A stretch of DNA of 64,000 nt from Gemmatimonadota bacterium (GTDB taxonomy: Bacteria > 4572-55 > J002), in contig RFFQ01000095.1 of the NCBI GenBank assembly GCA_003697105.1, positions 3,388-67,387 of the forward strand. The letters are read 5' to 3'. Positions 1 to 9,600 of the stretch are shown here, in pieces (the stretch's first letter is position 1; each line of letters opens with the position of its first letter). Made by a program: the position numbers and the translations under genes. The notes below the pieces were generated by a model. That model had not been told where the DNA came from. It searched no databases and worked only from the letters and a program-made list of their open reading frames with translations.

Positions 1-2083
1 ACCATTGCACCCGATTTTTGCCGAGAGCTTTTGCTTGTTGTAAGGCTTCTTTACCGAATTCGATCATCCCTATTTTAGTGGAGGCGTCACTGGGATAATG
101 CACCAACCCGATAGAAACCGTAATATGAAACGGACGTTTTTTATCGATCATGAAGGTATGATCGACGATTTGATGGTGTAATTGAATGGCTAATTCTAAG
201 GCACGTTCTCGTGTGGCATCACGTAGCAGTGCGCAGAATTGGTCCCCGCTAAACCGCCCGACATGCCCATATTTCCCCACAAAATCTCGCACTAATTGGG
301 CTAAGTCTTTTAGAATCAAATCCCCAGCGGAAAACCCTTCTTTTTGGTTAATCTCATGAAATTGATCAATATCAATTAGCAATAACGCTAAACTTGACCG
401 TTTTTTGTGTGCCTCTTGCAGGGCATCATCTAAAGCCACCTGAATTTGAGCATGGGTGAGTAAACCGGTCAACCCATCCGTGCGGGCGAGCCGTTCTACC
501 TCGGCAAACAAGCTATAATTAGTCAAGGTCATTGCGACCAGATTGGCTAAAATCTGGACGATCTGCAGCGTATCCTCATTGTACATGTGTGGTGCTTTAT
601 GTTCCAGCACCAATGCCCCGACAATATTGTGGCGGGTTCGTAAAGGTACTCCTAAAAACGACCGGAAGGGGTACGGGGGTTCTGTGCGGTAAAAGCGGGT
701 AACTCGATTCTCTTTTTGCTGTAAATCATTCAGCAATAACGGTTTTTGATGGGTGATAATCCAACCGGTAAGCCCGCCGTCAAGGGCAAATTCGGTATGC
801 GGTAAAAATGGATATGCCTCACCTTGAACTACTTCCGTGATAAATAGCTGCCGGTGTTCGTCAAAACTACTAATCACCAGACCATCACAAAGGACTATCT
901 TACGGGTGATGTCTGCTAACAAATGCAGGGTTTCATCTGGGCGGAGGTTGGCGGTAAACATGCGGCTGATTTCATAAAGGGCATTCAGATATTGCACATT
1001 GCGGCGGTTTTGTTCATGTTCCTGATATTTTTGGATGAATTGGGCAATGATCTGGGCAAAATGTTCTGCTTGTTCCCGGTGCGCCGGGGAATAGGCGTCT
1101 TTGGGGGTCGCATCGATCACCAAAATGCCGTCAACCGGCTCATGCGCCGCCTGAATGGGTACTGCAATTAAAGATTGAACATCCGGAACTTGCTGGTAAT
1201 AAACGAGTTCTTTAGTCCGATTCCCCAAATGGTTGATGAGCAATCCCCGCTTTTCCCGGGCAACCCACCCGAGCGTCTCATTTTTTTCGGAAAAGGCGGC
1301 TTCAGGGGTAATAGGGGTGGTGCTCTCCGTATGAATTGCACGAAGCGTAAACTGCTCCTGTTGGGGGTCGTATAAAAAGAGTGCTGCCGTATGCCCCTGT
1401 AACGCAAATTTGCATACGGTTAGTACCCGTTTCACGTCCGTCTGAAAACGTAACCGTTGGTTCAGCAACCGCTGGTGATCTTCGGTGCTGGAAACCGCAA
1501 CCGTCTGATCCACCTCGTTGCTTTGAGGCTTATTCCGGATGGTCTGGATGTCTTGTTCGATCCGCTGGGCATACTGTTGGGCGGTTTCTTTGGCCTGCCG
1601 CTCCTGCTGAAACAGCCGTTGTAACAAAAAGATAATGACCCCGCTAATCAGCATATAAACCAGCAAAGCGTTCCACACCGGGGTAGTGCCTTTGAAGAAA
1701 AGTGCCGAACCTTCCAGTAAGCTGCTTACTGCAATGATGGCAAGACCTGCCCCGAAATGGTAGCGAAATCCGGCAAGAAGAGCCAGCAATAGATAAAACA
1801 AGATTAGATACGAATGGAAACCGCCACTGAGTTGTACAGCAAGATTGGTGAGAACGAAGAGGAATAGATACGTGCGATGTTCCCGTTTGCCTCGCAAGAA
1901 TACGGCGGGATAAACACCGAAAATAATTCCGTAAGTGCCACTTAACAAAAGCGTTAAACTTAATTGCCAAATAAAGTCAGGTGCACGATAAAATAGCCCC
2001 AATAAACTCAGAATGCTGTAAATGATAACACCCATGCCCGCAATCATCGTCAACGAGAATGGGGGAGGTTGTTTGATGTTCAT
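1..2083 (-). CDS. Membrane sensor protein: N-terminal multi-TM domain, coiled coil, two GAF domains, C-terminal degenerate GGDEF domain. Partial: the 3' end runs off the window.
   Basis: Manual translation of the minus strand from the ATG at 2083 gives one uninterrupted frame down to position 1. It has about 5 hydrophobic helices, GAF-like blocks and a GGDEF-fold block 'GKYGHVGRFSGDQFCALL', where GG(D/E)EF is replaced by SGDQF. The track does not list it because it exits the window. Confidence 0.7.
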   Translation of the reverse strand, partial: MNIKQPPPFSLTMIAGMGVIIYSILSLLGLFYRAPDFIWQLSLTLLLSGTYGIIFGVYPAVFLRGKREHRTYLFLFVLTNLAVQLSGGFHSYLILFYLLLALLAGFRYHFGAGLAIIAVSSLLEGSALFFKGTTPVWNALLVYMLISGVIIFLLQRLFQQERQAKETAQQYAQRIEQDIQTIRNKPQSNEVDQTVAVSSTEDHQRLLNQRLRFQTDVKRVLTVCKFALQGHTAALFLYDPQQEQFTLRAIHTESTTPITPEAAFSEKNETLGWVAREKRGLLINHLGNRTKELVYYQQVPDVQSLIAVPIQAAHEPVDGILVIDATPKDAYSPAHREQAEHFAQIIAQFIQKYQEHEQNRRNVQYLNALYEISRMFTANLRPDETLHLLADITRKIVLCDGLVISSFDEHRQLFITEVVQGEAYPFLPHTEFALDGGLTGWIITHQKPLLLNDLQQKENRVTRFYRTEPPYPFRSFLGVPLRTRHNIVGALVLEHKAPHMYNEDTLQIVQILANLVAMTLTNYSLFAEVERLARTDGLTGLLTHAQIQVALDDALQEAHKKRSSLALLLIDIDQFHEINQKEGFSAGDLILKDLAQLVRDFVGKYGHVGRFSGDQFCALLRDATRERALELAIQLHHQIVDHTFMIDKKRPFHITVSIGLVHYPSDASTKIGMIEFGKEALQQAKALGKNRVQW

Positions 2084-2178
2084 ACTGGTGCCTTATGGAG
2101 AGTGAAGCGAAAATGTGCCATTCATTCTAACCGCTAAGACCCATGTTGTCAAGCCGTTTTGCGAGATGCACGGGGGAT

Positions 2179-2211
2179 CAAAAAAGGGAGCGTTTATCGG
2201 ATGGCGCTCCC
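2179..2211 (-). terminator. Rho-independent terminator downstream of the VOC-family gene
   Basis: Hairpin GGGAGCG(2186-2192)/CGCTCCC(2205-2211). The A6 run at 2180-2185 gives a U-tract after the hairpin on the minus strand. Confidence 0.55.
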
Positions 2212-2251
2212 GTTATGTTATGTTCATCCGCACGGAATGACCCGTGTGGTA

Positions 2252-2605
2252 TTAATGATCTTGCGGGTTCACTAACTGAAACCAATTCCCATCTATATCT
2301 TGAAAGGTCAGGCACTTATCGGTACCATCCGTGCCCTGAAACGTCAGCCCACGTGCGCGTAGGGTGGCGGCGGTGGTGTCAAGGTCATCGGTATAGAGCA
2401 CGATGGCGGCGTTTGCCTCTTGATACGTTTTCCCAACGGGATGGGGGTTGCCGGGGCGTAGCATGATTTCGGTGTCACCGATTTTCAGCCACACAAATTG
2501 ACCCTCCTGCACAAAAATCACTTCCACGCCGAGGATTTCTTCATAAAATTCTTTGGCTTTTAATGGATCGCGGACAAATAGTTCGATGTGACCAAATCGC
2601 ATCAT
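2252..2605 (-). CDS. VOC / glyoxalase-bleomycin-resistance family protein
   Basis: 'MMRFGHIELFVRDPLKAKEFYEEILG' is a typical glyoxalase-fold N-terminus. The start ATG overlaps the upstream TGA stop as ATGA, so the start was reassigned to M12 of the track ORF. Confidence 0.75.
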   Translation of the reverse strand: MMRFGHIELFVRDPLKAKEFYEEILGVEVIFVQEGQFVWLKIGDTEIMLRPGNPHPVGKTYQEANAAIVLYTDDLDTTAATLRARGLTFQGTDGTDKCLTFQDIDGNWFQLVNPQDH

Positions 2606-4347
2606 GTATAGCCATCCTTTTCTAGTTTTGCTACCCATTTCCGCGCGACCGGATGATCCGGATGAATTGTCAAGGTTTGACGAAAAACGGCGAGGGCATT
2701 ACTCATTTGACCCAGTTGGTAGTATAATTCACCAAGAGCGGCATATGCCATAGCGAATTTCGGCGCAATGCGGATCGTATTCATGTATTCCTCAATGGCG
2801 CGTTCGGTGTTGTTCATTTCCCGGTAGAGATTCCCGAGTTCAAAATGGGCTAAAAAGAACGTTTCATCGACCCGGATGGCATTTTTTAATGCGACAATTT
2901 TATGAGCTCCTGCCAGTTTTTTGGCGTCTTCATAGTAATCTTTAGCGGTTTTTGCGGTGGAGTTTGCTTCGGGGGATTTGCCGGTGGGGGCAGAAGCCGC
3001 TGTTTCGCGGTTGTCTAACGCACCGCTTGCTAAATAGCGCTCTACGGTCGCAACACGATCAGGGTAATCCGCCTTTCCGAATTCAATAAATGTCTGGTAG
3101 GCTTTTTTGGCTTGATCCCGTTTGCCCATCTTTTCAAACATAACGCCCAAATTGTAGTACGTAAACGGGTATTGGGGGTTAAGGTCTATTGCCTTTTGGA
3201 ACGATTGAAATGCCGCATCAAAATGATCTTTTCCCGCCAAAACGGCACCCAAATTGACATGCGCCAGAACATGGTCTGGATTTAACGTGATGGCTTTTTT
3301 ATAAGCTACCAAGGCGCCATCGGGCATCTTTTTCAGGTCAAACATCAGACCTAAATGATAAAATGCTTCAGGATTTTGGGGGTCAACCTCTGTGACGACT
3401 TTGAAAATTTGGAAGGCTTCTTCAGTATTGCCGAGTCGGTATTCACATTGTCCCAGCGCAAAAAGGGCTAATTTATGACGGGAATTATGTTTCAGCACCA
3501 TCTGGAAACAATATTTAGCTTGATCCACCATGTTCATCGTCTGGTAGAGGTGACCTAATTCATAATAGGCCGCGTCATTTTCGGCATCACACCGGACGAC
3601 TTCACTATATTCACGGGTAGCTTTTTCCAGTTGATTGCTCTCAACGTATGCTCGGGCGAGGTCGAGCCGGGCAGGAAGGTGCGTCGGGTCGAGCTCCAAC
3701 ACCCGTTCCAAAAAGCCAATTTTCTGGGACCCCTCCAAAGTTTGAGCAATCTCATACGCCTCATCTGCGCTCTGGTTGATCTCTTCGGCAGTGAGTTCTG
3801 GAGCACTTTCGACTTCTACATCCAAGTCCACATCCACATCATCTTGACTGATTTCGTATGTTGTCGGCGCAGAACCGAGTGCATTGCCGGCACGCTTGAG
3901 TTGTTCTTCAATATAGGTTTTTTGGCGTTCTGTGGGACCCAGTAGAAGCGCCCGTTTGTATGCAGGAATCGCGGTAGGGGCATTGTCCAATTTTTTGAGG
4001 TAAATATCGGCAATGCGAATTTGGAGTTGGATGTTGTTGGGGTCCTCGAGGAGTTTCTGCTCCAGTTGCTCTACTTCAGCTTGGGCGTCCTGTTGCCGTT
4101 GGGCGACGGCGGCGCGAGCCGTGGAGGTGGTTGTTGCCGGCGAAACACTGGCAGTCGTGGATTCCGATATTAGCAAGTAACCAATATAAGCACCGGCTAA
4201 TATCAGAACCCCAGAAATAAGATAAGCCGGCATCATAAATGACCGGCTTGTGAGATTGCTCAGAAATGAGAATAGAAAAAACACAACAATAATAGCGATG
4301 GTAATACCAATTAATGCGGCAATTTTAGCGCCCTTGCTTTCCAGCAT
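2602..4347 (-). CDS. Membrane-anchored TPR-repeat protein
   Basis: Two N-terminal TM helices and an acidic coiled-coil linker, followed by more than 8 TPR repeats (repeated A/Y/L/G pattern, for example 'AYYELGHLYQTMNMVDQAKYCFQMVL'). Confidence 0.75.
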   Translation of the reverse strand: MLESKGAKIAALIGITIAIIVVFFLFSFLSNLTSRSFMMPAYLISGVLILAGAYIGYLLISESTTASVSPATTTSTARAAVAQRQQDAQAEVEQLEQKLLEDPNNIQLQIRIADIYLKKLDNAPTAIPAYKRALLLGPTERQKTYIEEQLKRAGNALGSAPTTYEISQDDVDVDLDVEVESAPELTAEEINQSADEAYEIAQTLEGSQKIGFLERVLELDPTHLPARLDLARAYVESNQLEKATREYSEVVRCDAENDAAYYELGHLYQTMNMVDQAKYCFQMVLKHNSRHKLALFALGQCEYRLGNTEEAFQIFKVVTEVDPQNPEAFYHLGLMFDLKKMPDGALVAYKKAITLNPDHVLAHVNLGAVLAGKDHFDAAFQSFQKAIDLNPQYPFTYYNLGVMFEKMGKRDQAKKAYQTFIEFGKADYPDRVATVERYLASGALDNRETAASAPTGKSPEANSTAKTAKDYYEDAKKLAGAHKIVALKNAIRVDETFFLAHFELGNLYREMNNTERAIEEYMNTIRIAPKFAMAYAALGELYYQLGQMSNALAVFRQTLTIHPDHPVARKWVAKLEKDGYT

Positions 4348-4359
4348 TGGGAATCCCCC

Positions 4360-5076
4360 TTAAGGACGTTTAACCCATTGGGCTAGTTCTTGTACCGCAC
4401 GCTCCATACCAACCAGCATCGCACGCGCGATGACAGCATGCCCGGCAATAACCCCGTGAACACCTTCTAATCCTAACAAATTATGGATATTTTGATAATC
4501 CACCCCATTTTCAAGGGTGACCATCAGCCCTAAGCGGGATGCCATTGCTGCTGCCGTGGCTAACCGCTCGATTTCCGTTGCGTATTCGTCCAACGTAAAT
4601 GAGCCGGCGTAATCGCTCACGTTCAGTGCTACACCATCAACCCCTAATTTATGGGCGGTTTTTATCTGATCCAGTTCCGGATCGATAAAAAGGCAAATTG
4701 TCCGGTTGCCGCGTAAGGTTTTCAACCGGTCGGCGATCAGTTCACTGTGCTGAATAACATCCAGCCCGCTATGAAGTGTTAATTCCGGCTCTTTTTCGGG
4801 AACCAGCGTGACGATATCCGGATTAAGTGCTAACACCGCCGCAACCATTGCCTCCGAAAGACTCACATGCAAATTCAAGCGGGTGCGAATCACACTTTTG
4901 AGCAGATTAGCATCCCGGTCCTGAATGTGTGCCCGATCTTGCCGTAAGTGAATGCTAATTTGATCGGCGCCACCCATTTCTGCTAAAATGGCAACCGCTA
5001 CGGGGTCTGGCTCCGTTGCCTGCCCAGATTCCCGCAAAACTGCCACGCCATCTAAGTGTATTCCTAGCCGGGGCAT
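4360..5076 (-). CDS. pdxJ: Pyridoxine 5'-phosphate synthase
   Basis: 'LGIHLDGVAVLRESGQATEPDPVAVAILAEMGGADQISIHLRQDRAHIQDRD' matches the conserved PdxJ N-terminal core. The length (238 aa) is typical. Confidence 0.9.
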   Translation of the reverse strand: MPRLGIHLDGVAVLRESGQATEPDPVAVAILAEMGGADQISIHLRQDRAHIQDRDANLLKSVIRTRLNLHVSLSEAMVAAVLALNPDIVTLVPEKEPELTLHSGLDVIQHSELIADRLKTLRGNRTICLFIDPELDQIKTAHKLGVDGVALNVSDYAGSFTLDEYATEIERLATAAAMASRLGLMVTLENGVDYQNIHNLLGLEGVHGVIAGHAVIARAMLVGMERAVQELAQWVKRP

Positions 5077-5092
5077 TGTTTATCCTTTGTGA

Positions 5093-5308
5093 TTATAAGG
5101 TGAAATACTCTTCATCACCGGCAGGTACCAGATGAATCAAGGCTTCCTGACCCGAAAACCGCTTGGTGAAGGCGTCAATGGCTTCATTCATATTTTTGGA
5201 GTGTGAAACCACTTCATCCAAATCCAATTTGATTGTGACCCACTCCCCCGGATATTTTGCCAGTTCTGCTTCATGATTTTTAATCCATTGATCTAGATTG
5301 GCATCCAT
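5093..5308 (-). CDS. Small DUF5678-like protein
   Basis: 71 aa. The motif 'KYPGEWVTI' resembles the DUF5678 family. Confidence 0.45.
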   Translation of the reverse strand: MDANLDQWIKNHEAELAKYPGEWVTIKLDLDEVVSHSKNMNEAIDAFTKRFSGQEALIHLVPAGDEEYFTL

Positions 5309-5402
5309 TTTTTATCACCTCACTCGCAAAAGCGGATTTAAAACAATTCTGTTTGAATCCGAATAATAGGTACAGTTTATTAGGTTTTAGGCAAAATGTC
5401 AA

Positions 5403-6215
5403 TCAAAAATTCGGAACATTTACGCTTGTAATACGAATCCACGCAAATGGTGAGTCTGTAACACCCAACACCCGGCGTTGAAGCCGGTTCCACCAGCGGC
5501 GCGGATCATACGGCATATCAACCTGAAAAAAATTTAACTCATCCCACAACGGTTGGTGATAATATTTCGCCATTTCCGGCACGCCGCGGGACTGAAAATA
5601 CGCTTTTGATCGGGCTTCTGCCGATAATGCTTCCGCCACGGTATAAAATGGACTATCGAGGATGTGAATTTCACCCGATGGGGCAAGCAACGAAATTAAC
5701 CGCTCAATCAGCAATTTTCGATCCGGAAAATATTGGATCGAACTCCCCAAAATCACCGCATCAAACGCCTGTGCGGGTAGCGATACCGCCATTATATCGG
5801 CATACAAAAATGTTAGGGCTGGGTTGGGAGAAAAAACCCGTGCCCCTTGTTCCAATTCCGTCTGGTTCACATCTACTGCCCATACGGTGCTTCCCCAAAT
5901 GTGGCTTAATTGATTCGACATCCAGCCATTTCCACAGCCAATATCCAATAGCGTTAACGGGCGGTTAAAACGCCGGAGATAATGGGATAATCGCCGTAGA
6001 GATGTCGCCCGGATGCGCCATTCCGAGGACAACGGATGATCCGGCGGGACGACCGGTAATTGCCGCAGTTGGTCGTCCGAGTATAAACGTCCCTCCTGAT
6101 CCCGAATTTTGATGTAACAGGCTTCTTTTTCCTGATAAGCGGCGGGATCAGAGAGATAATAGACGCCATTTTTCAGCGTGTGACGGTATGTGTCAAGATA
6201 ATGAGCTAAATTCAT
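5403..6215 (-). CDS. Class I SAM-dependent methyltransferase
   Basis: Motif I 'LLDIGCGNGWMS', with an acidic motif II and motif III downstream. Confidence 0.8.
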   Translation of the reverse strand: MNLAHYLDTYRHTLKNGVYYLSDPAAYQEKEACYIKIRDQEGRLYSDDQLRQLPVVPPDHPLSSEWRIRATSLRRLSHYLRRFNRPLTLLDIGCGNGWMSNQLSHIWGSTVWAVDVNQTELEQGARVFSPNPALTFLYADIMAVSLPAQAFDAVILGSSIQYFPDRKLLIERLISLLAPSGEIHILDSPFYTVAEALSAEARSKAYFQSRGVPEMAKYYHQPLWDELNFFQVDMPYDPRRWWNRLQRRVLGVTDSPFAWIRITSVNVPNF

Positions 6216-6217
6216 GA

Positions 6218-7336
6218 TTATCCGTGTTGAATGAGGTGTTGGTAGATACGGGTTACGGTTTGTCCTAACTGGGAAAAACTCAATTGGGATTGAAAATAGC
6301 GAGCGATTTGCCTTGAATCTTCAGAAATTGACCGGCGGAGTGCTCGTTTGGCGGCGTCCTGAAAGGAATTCGGGTCGCCGGGAGTCCAAAGATACCCGTG
6401 ATTTTGTAAAATCCACCGGAACGAAGGTATGCGGGTGACAATGGGGATGACGCCACATGCCAGCGCTTCGATCAAGGCATAACCACTGCCTTCGTAGTGA
6501 CTGCCGAGCACGAAAAAATCGGCGCTGTTGTAGTAGCATTCCATTTGGTTGTGTTGGATGTGCCCTAACAACGTTACAGCACGGGTTAGCCGGGGGCTCC
6601 GGTCTATCAAGGCATGTACCGGTTTTAACAGGGTTTCATCTTTGTAAATCATGTAGAGATGTGCTGCCGGTTGATCTGCTAACAGCCGGTCGAATCCTTC
6701 CAGCACGGTCAGCGGGTCTTTATTTTCGGTTAGATTGCCGACCCACAAAAAAATCGGATTGCCGCTCAGATGGGATATGCGCCGGTTTGGGGCGCGCTCG
6801 GCATACCGGAAATGGGTGGAATTTTCCAATACGGCATAAACGGGGGTGGAATGTGCGATAATTCGGGCTTCTTGATAAGGTGCGACCATCCCGGTACCGG
6901 TAAAGAAAAAGGCATCCACTTGGCGAAGTCCCCACCGTTGCAACCATCGCCGCCAGCCATGAAACGGTTTTTCGGCATGGTGCTGTACCACCACCGGAAC
7001 ATTTGGTAACTGCTGTTTCAATGCCATTGTTTGGTACGGAAAAATCAAACCGTTAATATGGATAATGTCCGGTTTCAAGGCGGCGATATAACGATGCATG
7101 GCGACCGGAAGTTGGTACCCGCGCAGACGACCACCAAATGGATCGGCGATAAACGCATAGGTCACACCTTCCTTTTCCAGATAGACCGTTTCCCGGTAAC
7201 GGTGGGCAACGGTCACTTGCGCCCCGCTATCCCGCATCATATTTGCCCAATCAACGGTGGTTTGGTAGCGGGCGAATAAATCCCGGTAGGACGCTAAATC
7301 CTCATCATAATAATAGTGGACAAATACAATGTGCAT
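6218..7336 (-). CDS. Glycosyltransferase family 4 (GT-B)
   Basis: EX7E-type motif 'EGSGYALIEALACGVIPIVT'. Confidence 0.85.
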   Translation of the reverse strand: MHIVFVHYYYDEDLASYRDLFARYQTTVDWANMMRDSGAQVTVAHRYRETVYLEKEGVTYAFIADPFGGRLRGYQLPVAMHRYIAALKPDIIHINGLIFPYQTMALKQQLPNVPVVVQHHAEKPFHGWRRWLQRWGLRQVDAFFFTGTGMVAPYQEARIIAHSTPVYAVLENSTHFRYAERAPNRRISHLSGNPIFLWVGNLTENKDPLTVLEGFDRLLADQPAAHLYMIYKDETLLKPVHALIDRSPRLTRAVTLLGHIQHNQMECYYNSADFFVLGSHYEGSGYALIEALACGVIPIVTRIPSFRWILQNHGYLWTPGDPNSFQDAAKRALRRSISEDSRQIARYFQSQLSFSQLGQTVTRIYQHLIQHG

Positions 7337-7338
7337 AA

Positions 7339-8469
7339 TCAGGTTGCGTAGAGATGAATCAGTTGTGCGACCAACGGTTCCCAGCGAAATTGGTGCTGGA
7401 TACGGATGGTGGCACGTTTTCCCATCGTGTCCCGTTCAGGGTGATGGGCTAACCGGATCAGGGCTTCGGCGACTGCCCGTGCATCCCCAATGGGGACGAT
7501 GAAGCCGGTTTGCCCCGGTTGGATGACCTCTGGAAGAACGCCCACCGGCGTGGCAATCGCCGGTAAGCCACATGCCATGCCTTCTAAAATAGACAGACAA
7601 AACGATTCATGCCGGGAGGTCAGCGCCACTACATCGGCTTGCTGGTAATAGGCGGCTAATTTATGATGAGGAATCCAACCCGGCAGCCGCACCCGATCTG
7701 CCAATCCCTCCTGCTGGATGAGGTATTGCAGGGCTTCGCGTTGCGAACCCTCTCCGATGAGATCAAGCCGGAGCTTGACCCCCTGCCGGTAGGCGAGAGC
7801 GGCTCCGCGAATAAGGGTGGCATGATCTTTCACCGGAATCAAGCCTCCCACGGCGATAAGGCGCAGTTCACCCGTGCTTGTGGCTTTTTCCGGTAGCGGT
7901 GAAAAGTGTTCTATCTCAACCCCTAACGGGATTTTGTGCAATTTGGCGGTACTCGCCGGAAATAACGACCGGCACTGATCTCGGATATAATCCGACCCCA
8001 CGACTATCTGATCGGCTTGATTCAGCGTGTAGCGCACACATTGCCGTTGCAAACCTGATAACTGGCTGCCGTAACGGATGTCCTTCAGCCCGGTGAGTTC
8101 ACCGCCGGCAAGGGTGACCGTCAAGGGCAATTTGAGGCTTTTTGCCACCAGCGCCGCGATGGCGCCGGGTTCGTTTGCCCAGATGGCATGTAACCGGTCA
8201 AACGGTTTCCGGCGATGTTCTTGTACCATCGTCCACCAGCGATTTTGCACCATCCTAAGCCAATGGATGCCGGGCAGTTGCCCTTTCGCATGGGGGAACA
8301 CCCAAACGTTATCCACCTGATACGGTTTGTCTTGTACCGGATAACGTAACGGAAACACCCGTACCGCGACCTTTTTCTGTAACTCATGAACGAGCCGGGT
8401 TTGCCACGGTAGAAACCAATCGGTTTCATGTGCCCGAAAACCGGCGGTGACCAGTCCAATATTCAGCAT
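7339..8469 (-). CDS. Glycosyltransferase family 4 (GT-B)
   Basis: 'ESFCLSILEGMACGLPAIATPVGVLPEVI'. It sits tightly packed with the neighbouring GT4 gene. Confidence 0.85.
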   Translation of the reverse strand: MLNIGLVTAGFRAHETDWFLPWQTRLVHELQKKVAVRVFPLRYPVQDKPYQVDNVWVFPHAKGQLPGIHWLRMVQNRWWTMVQEHRRKPFDRLHAIWANEPGAIAALVAKSLKLPLTVTLAGGELTGLKDIRYGSQLSGLQRQCVRYTLNQADQIVVGSDYIRDQCRSLFPASTAKLHKIPLGVEIEHFSPLPEKATSTGELRLIAVGGLIPVKDHATLIRGAALAYRQGVKLRLDLIGEGSQREALQYLIQQEGLADRVRLPGWIPHHKLAAYYQQADVVALTSRHESFCLSILEGMACGLPAIATPVGVLPEVIQPGQTGFIVPIGDARAVAEALIRLAHHPERDTMGKRATIRIQHQFRWEPLVAQLIHLYAT

Positions 8470-9599
8470 ACTTTTACCGGCAGCGTGAGCGGGACATCAA
8501 TTTTACGGAGCATTTTTTTCATATCTCCCTGCAAGATTTTTTCCACGCCGTGGATGGTAAACCGGCTAATTTTGCCGGAGAAAAGTTCGGCAAATTCGGG
8601 GTCTCCGTACACCGGTTGACCGTTTCGGATGAGCAAACAAATATCGTGTGGCATACAATCGAGCAGTGGTGCGCGGGTGAGCAGGACATTTGCGGGGTTG
8701 TCAGGCGCGAATCGTCCCAGTTCCGGGCGACATAGTAAGGTCGCTGGGGCGGTGGTCACCAGGTCAAGCAGGTCGGTTTCTGTCCAACCGCTAAGTTGCT
8801 GTGCCCAGCGGAGTTCATCCAGCAGGGTAGGTGACCCGCTCAGGGTGCTGTCACTGCCAAGTGCCAGCGGTACTCCAGCCGCTCGCAATGCCGCTATTGG
8901 CGCCGTTTGCCCGAATAGAAACTGGTTGGAGGCAGGACACCAGACCAATCCTCGCCCGTTCATCTGGAGCGTGCGTATATCGTTCTCACTCAAATTGATT
9001 CCGTGAATAATCACCGTGTTTTTTCCCAGTGCCCCCAGTTGGTCTAATTGTACCAATTCTGCCGCCGTTTCGGCATCCGTGCCCTCGGCGAGATGGATAA
9101 AAAAGGGCACTTCTGGCGGCGTGGCGCGATATTTTGCCTCGACATTGGTCTCAAACTTCAGAGAATGCGCCCAGCCATACGGGGCAAATACCTCCACCGG
9201 AAAATCCGGTCGATTAAATTCGGTGTGATACTCGCCATGATGTACCACTGTGGTGACCCCGGACAACACGTTTTTAAGTGCGCCCCAGTACAATCGCACT
9301 GGTAAGGGTACTGCCAATACGGGATCGATAACCGGCGACCGTTTTCGTTGCGTGATCTCCAAACCCCATTCGTAGGAGTTGGGGTATGGGGGCGATCCCA
9401 AGCGGGGAAACAGATTAAACTCCAAATGGTCATGGCTGTTGATCAAGCCCGGATACAGATAACCGGTTTTTTGCTCAATTCGGTGTGCCTGAGGTGGCGG
9501 GGAAAGGGCGTCCACCGCCTGAATTCGATTGCCGTGAATCGTAATCGACCCGGATGCGGTCTCAATAAAGAGGGGAGTGGGGTGTGTTCGCCGAAACAT
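8463..9599 (-). CDS. Amidohydrolase-family metal-dependent hydrolase
   Basis: 'GLINSHDHLEF' is the HxH metal-binding motif, and 'ALGSDS' is the distal Asp region. It overlaps the flanking genes by 7 and 1 nt. Confidence 0.7.
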   Translation of the reverse strand: MFRRTHPTPLFIETASGSITIHGNRIQAVDALSPPPQAHRIEQKTGYLYPGLINSHDHLEFNLFPRLGSPPYPNSYEWGLEITQRKRSPVIDPVLAVPLPVRLYWGALKNVLSGVTTVVHHGEYHTEFNRPDFPVEVFAPYGWAHSLKFETNVEAKYRATPPEVPFFIHLAEGTDAETAAELVQLDQLGALGKNTVIIHGINLSENDIRTLQMNGRGLVWCPASNQFLFGQTAPIAALRAAGVPLALGSDSTLSGSPTLLDELRWAQQLSGWTETDLLDLVTTAPATLLCRPELGRFAPDNPANVLLTRAPLLDCMPHDICLLIRNGQPVYGDPEFAELFSGKISRFTIHGVEKILQGDMKKMLRKIDVPLTLPVKVC

Positions 9600-9600
9600 A

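Noticed and set aside
1644-1970. Track ORF 'MAIKFNAF...' (108 aa) on the minus strand
   Set aside because: It is in a different frame from the continuous GAF-GGDEF sensor gene, which spans 1-2083 without stops. The composition is low-complexity (Cys/Arg/Ser-rich). It is a spurious frame inside a real gene.
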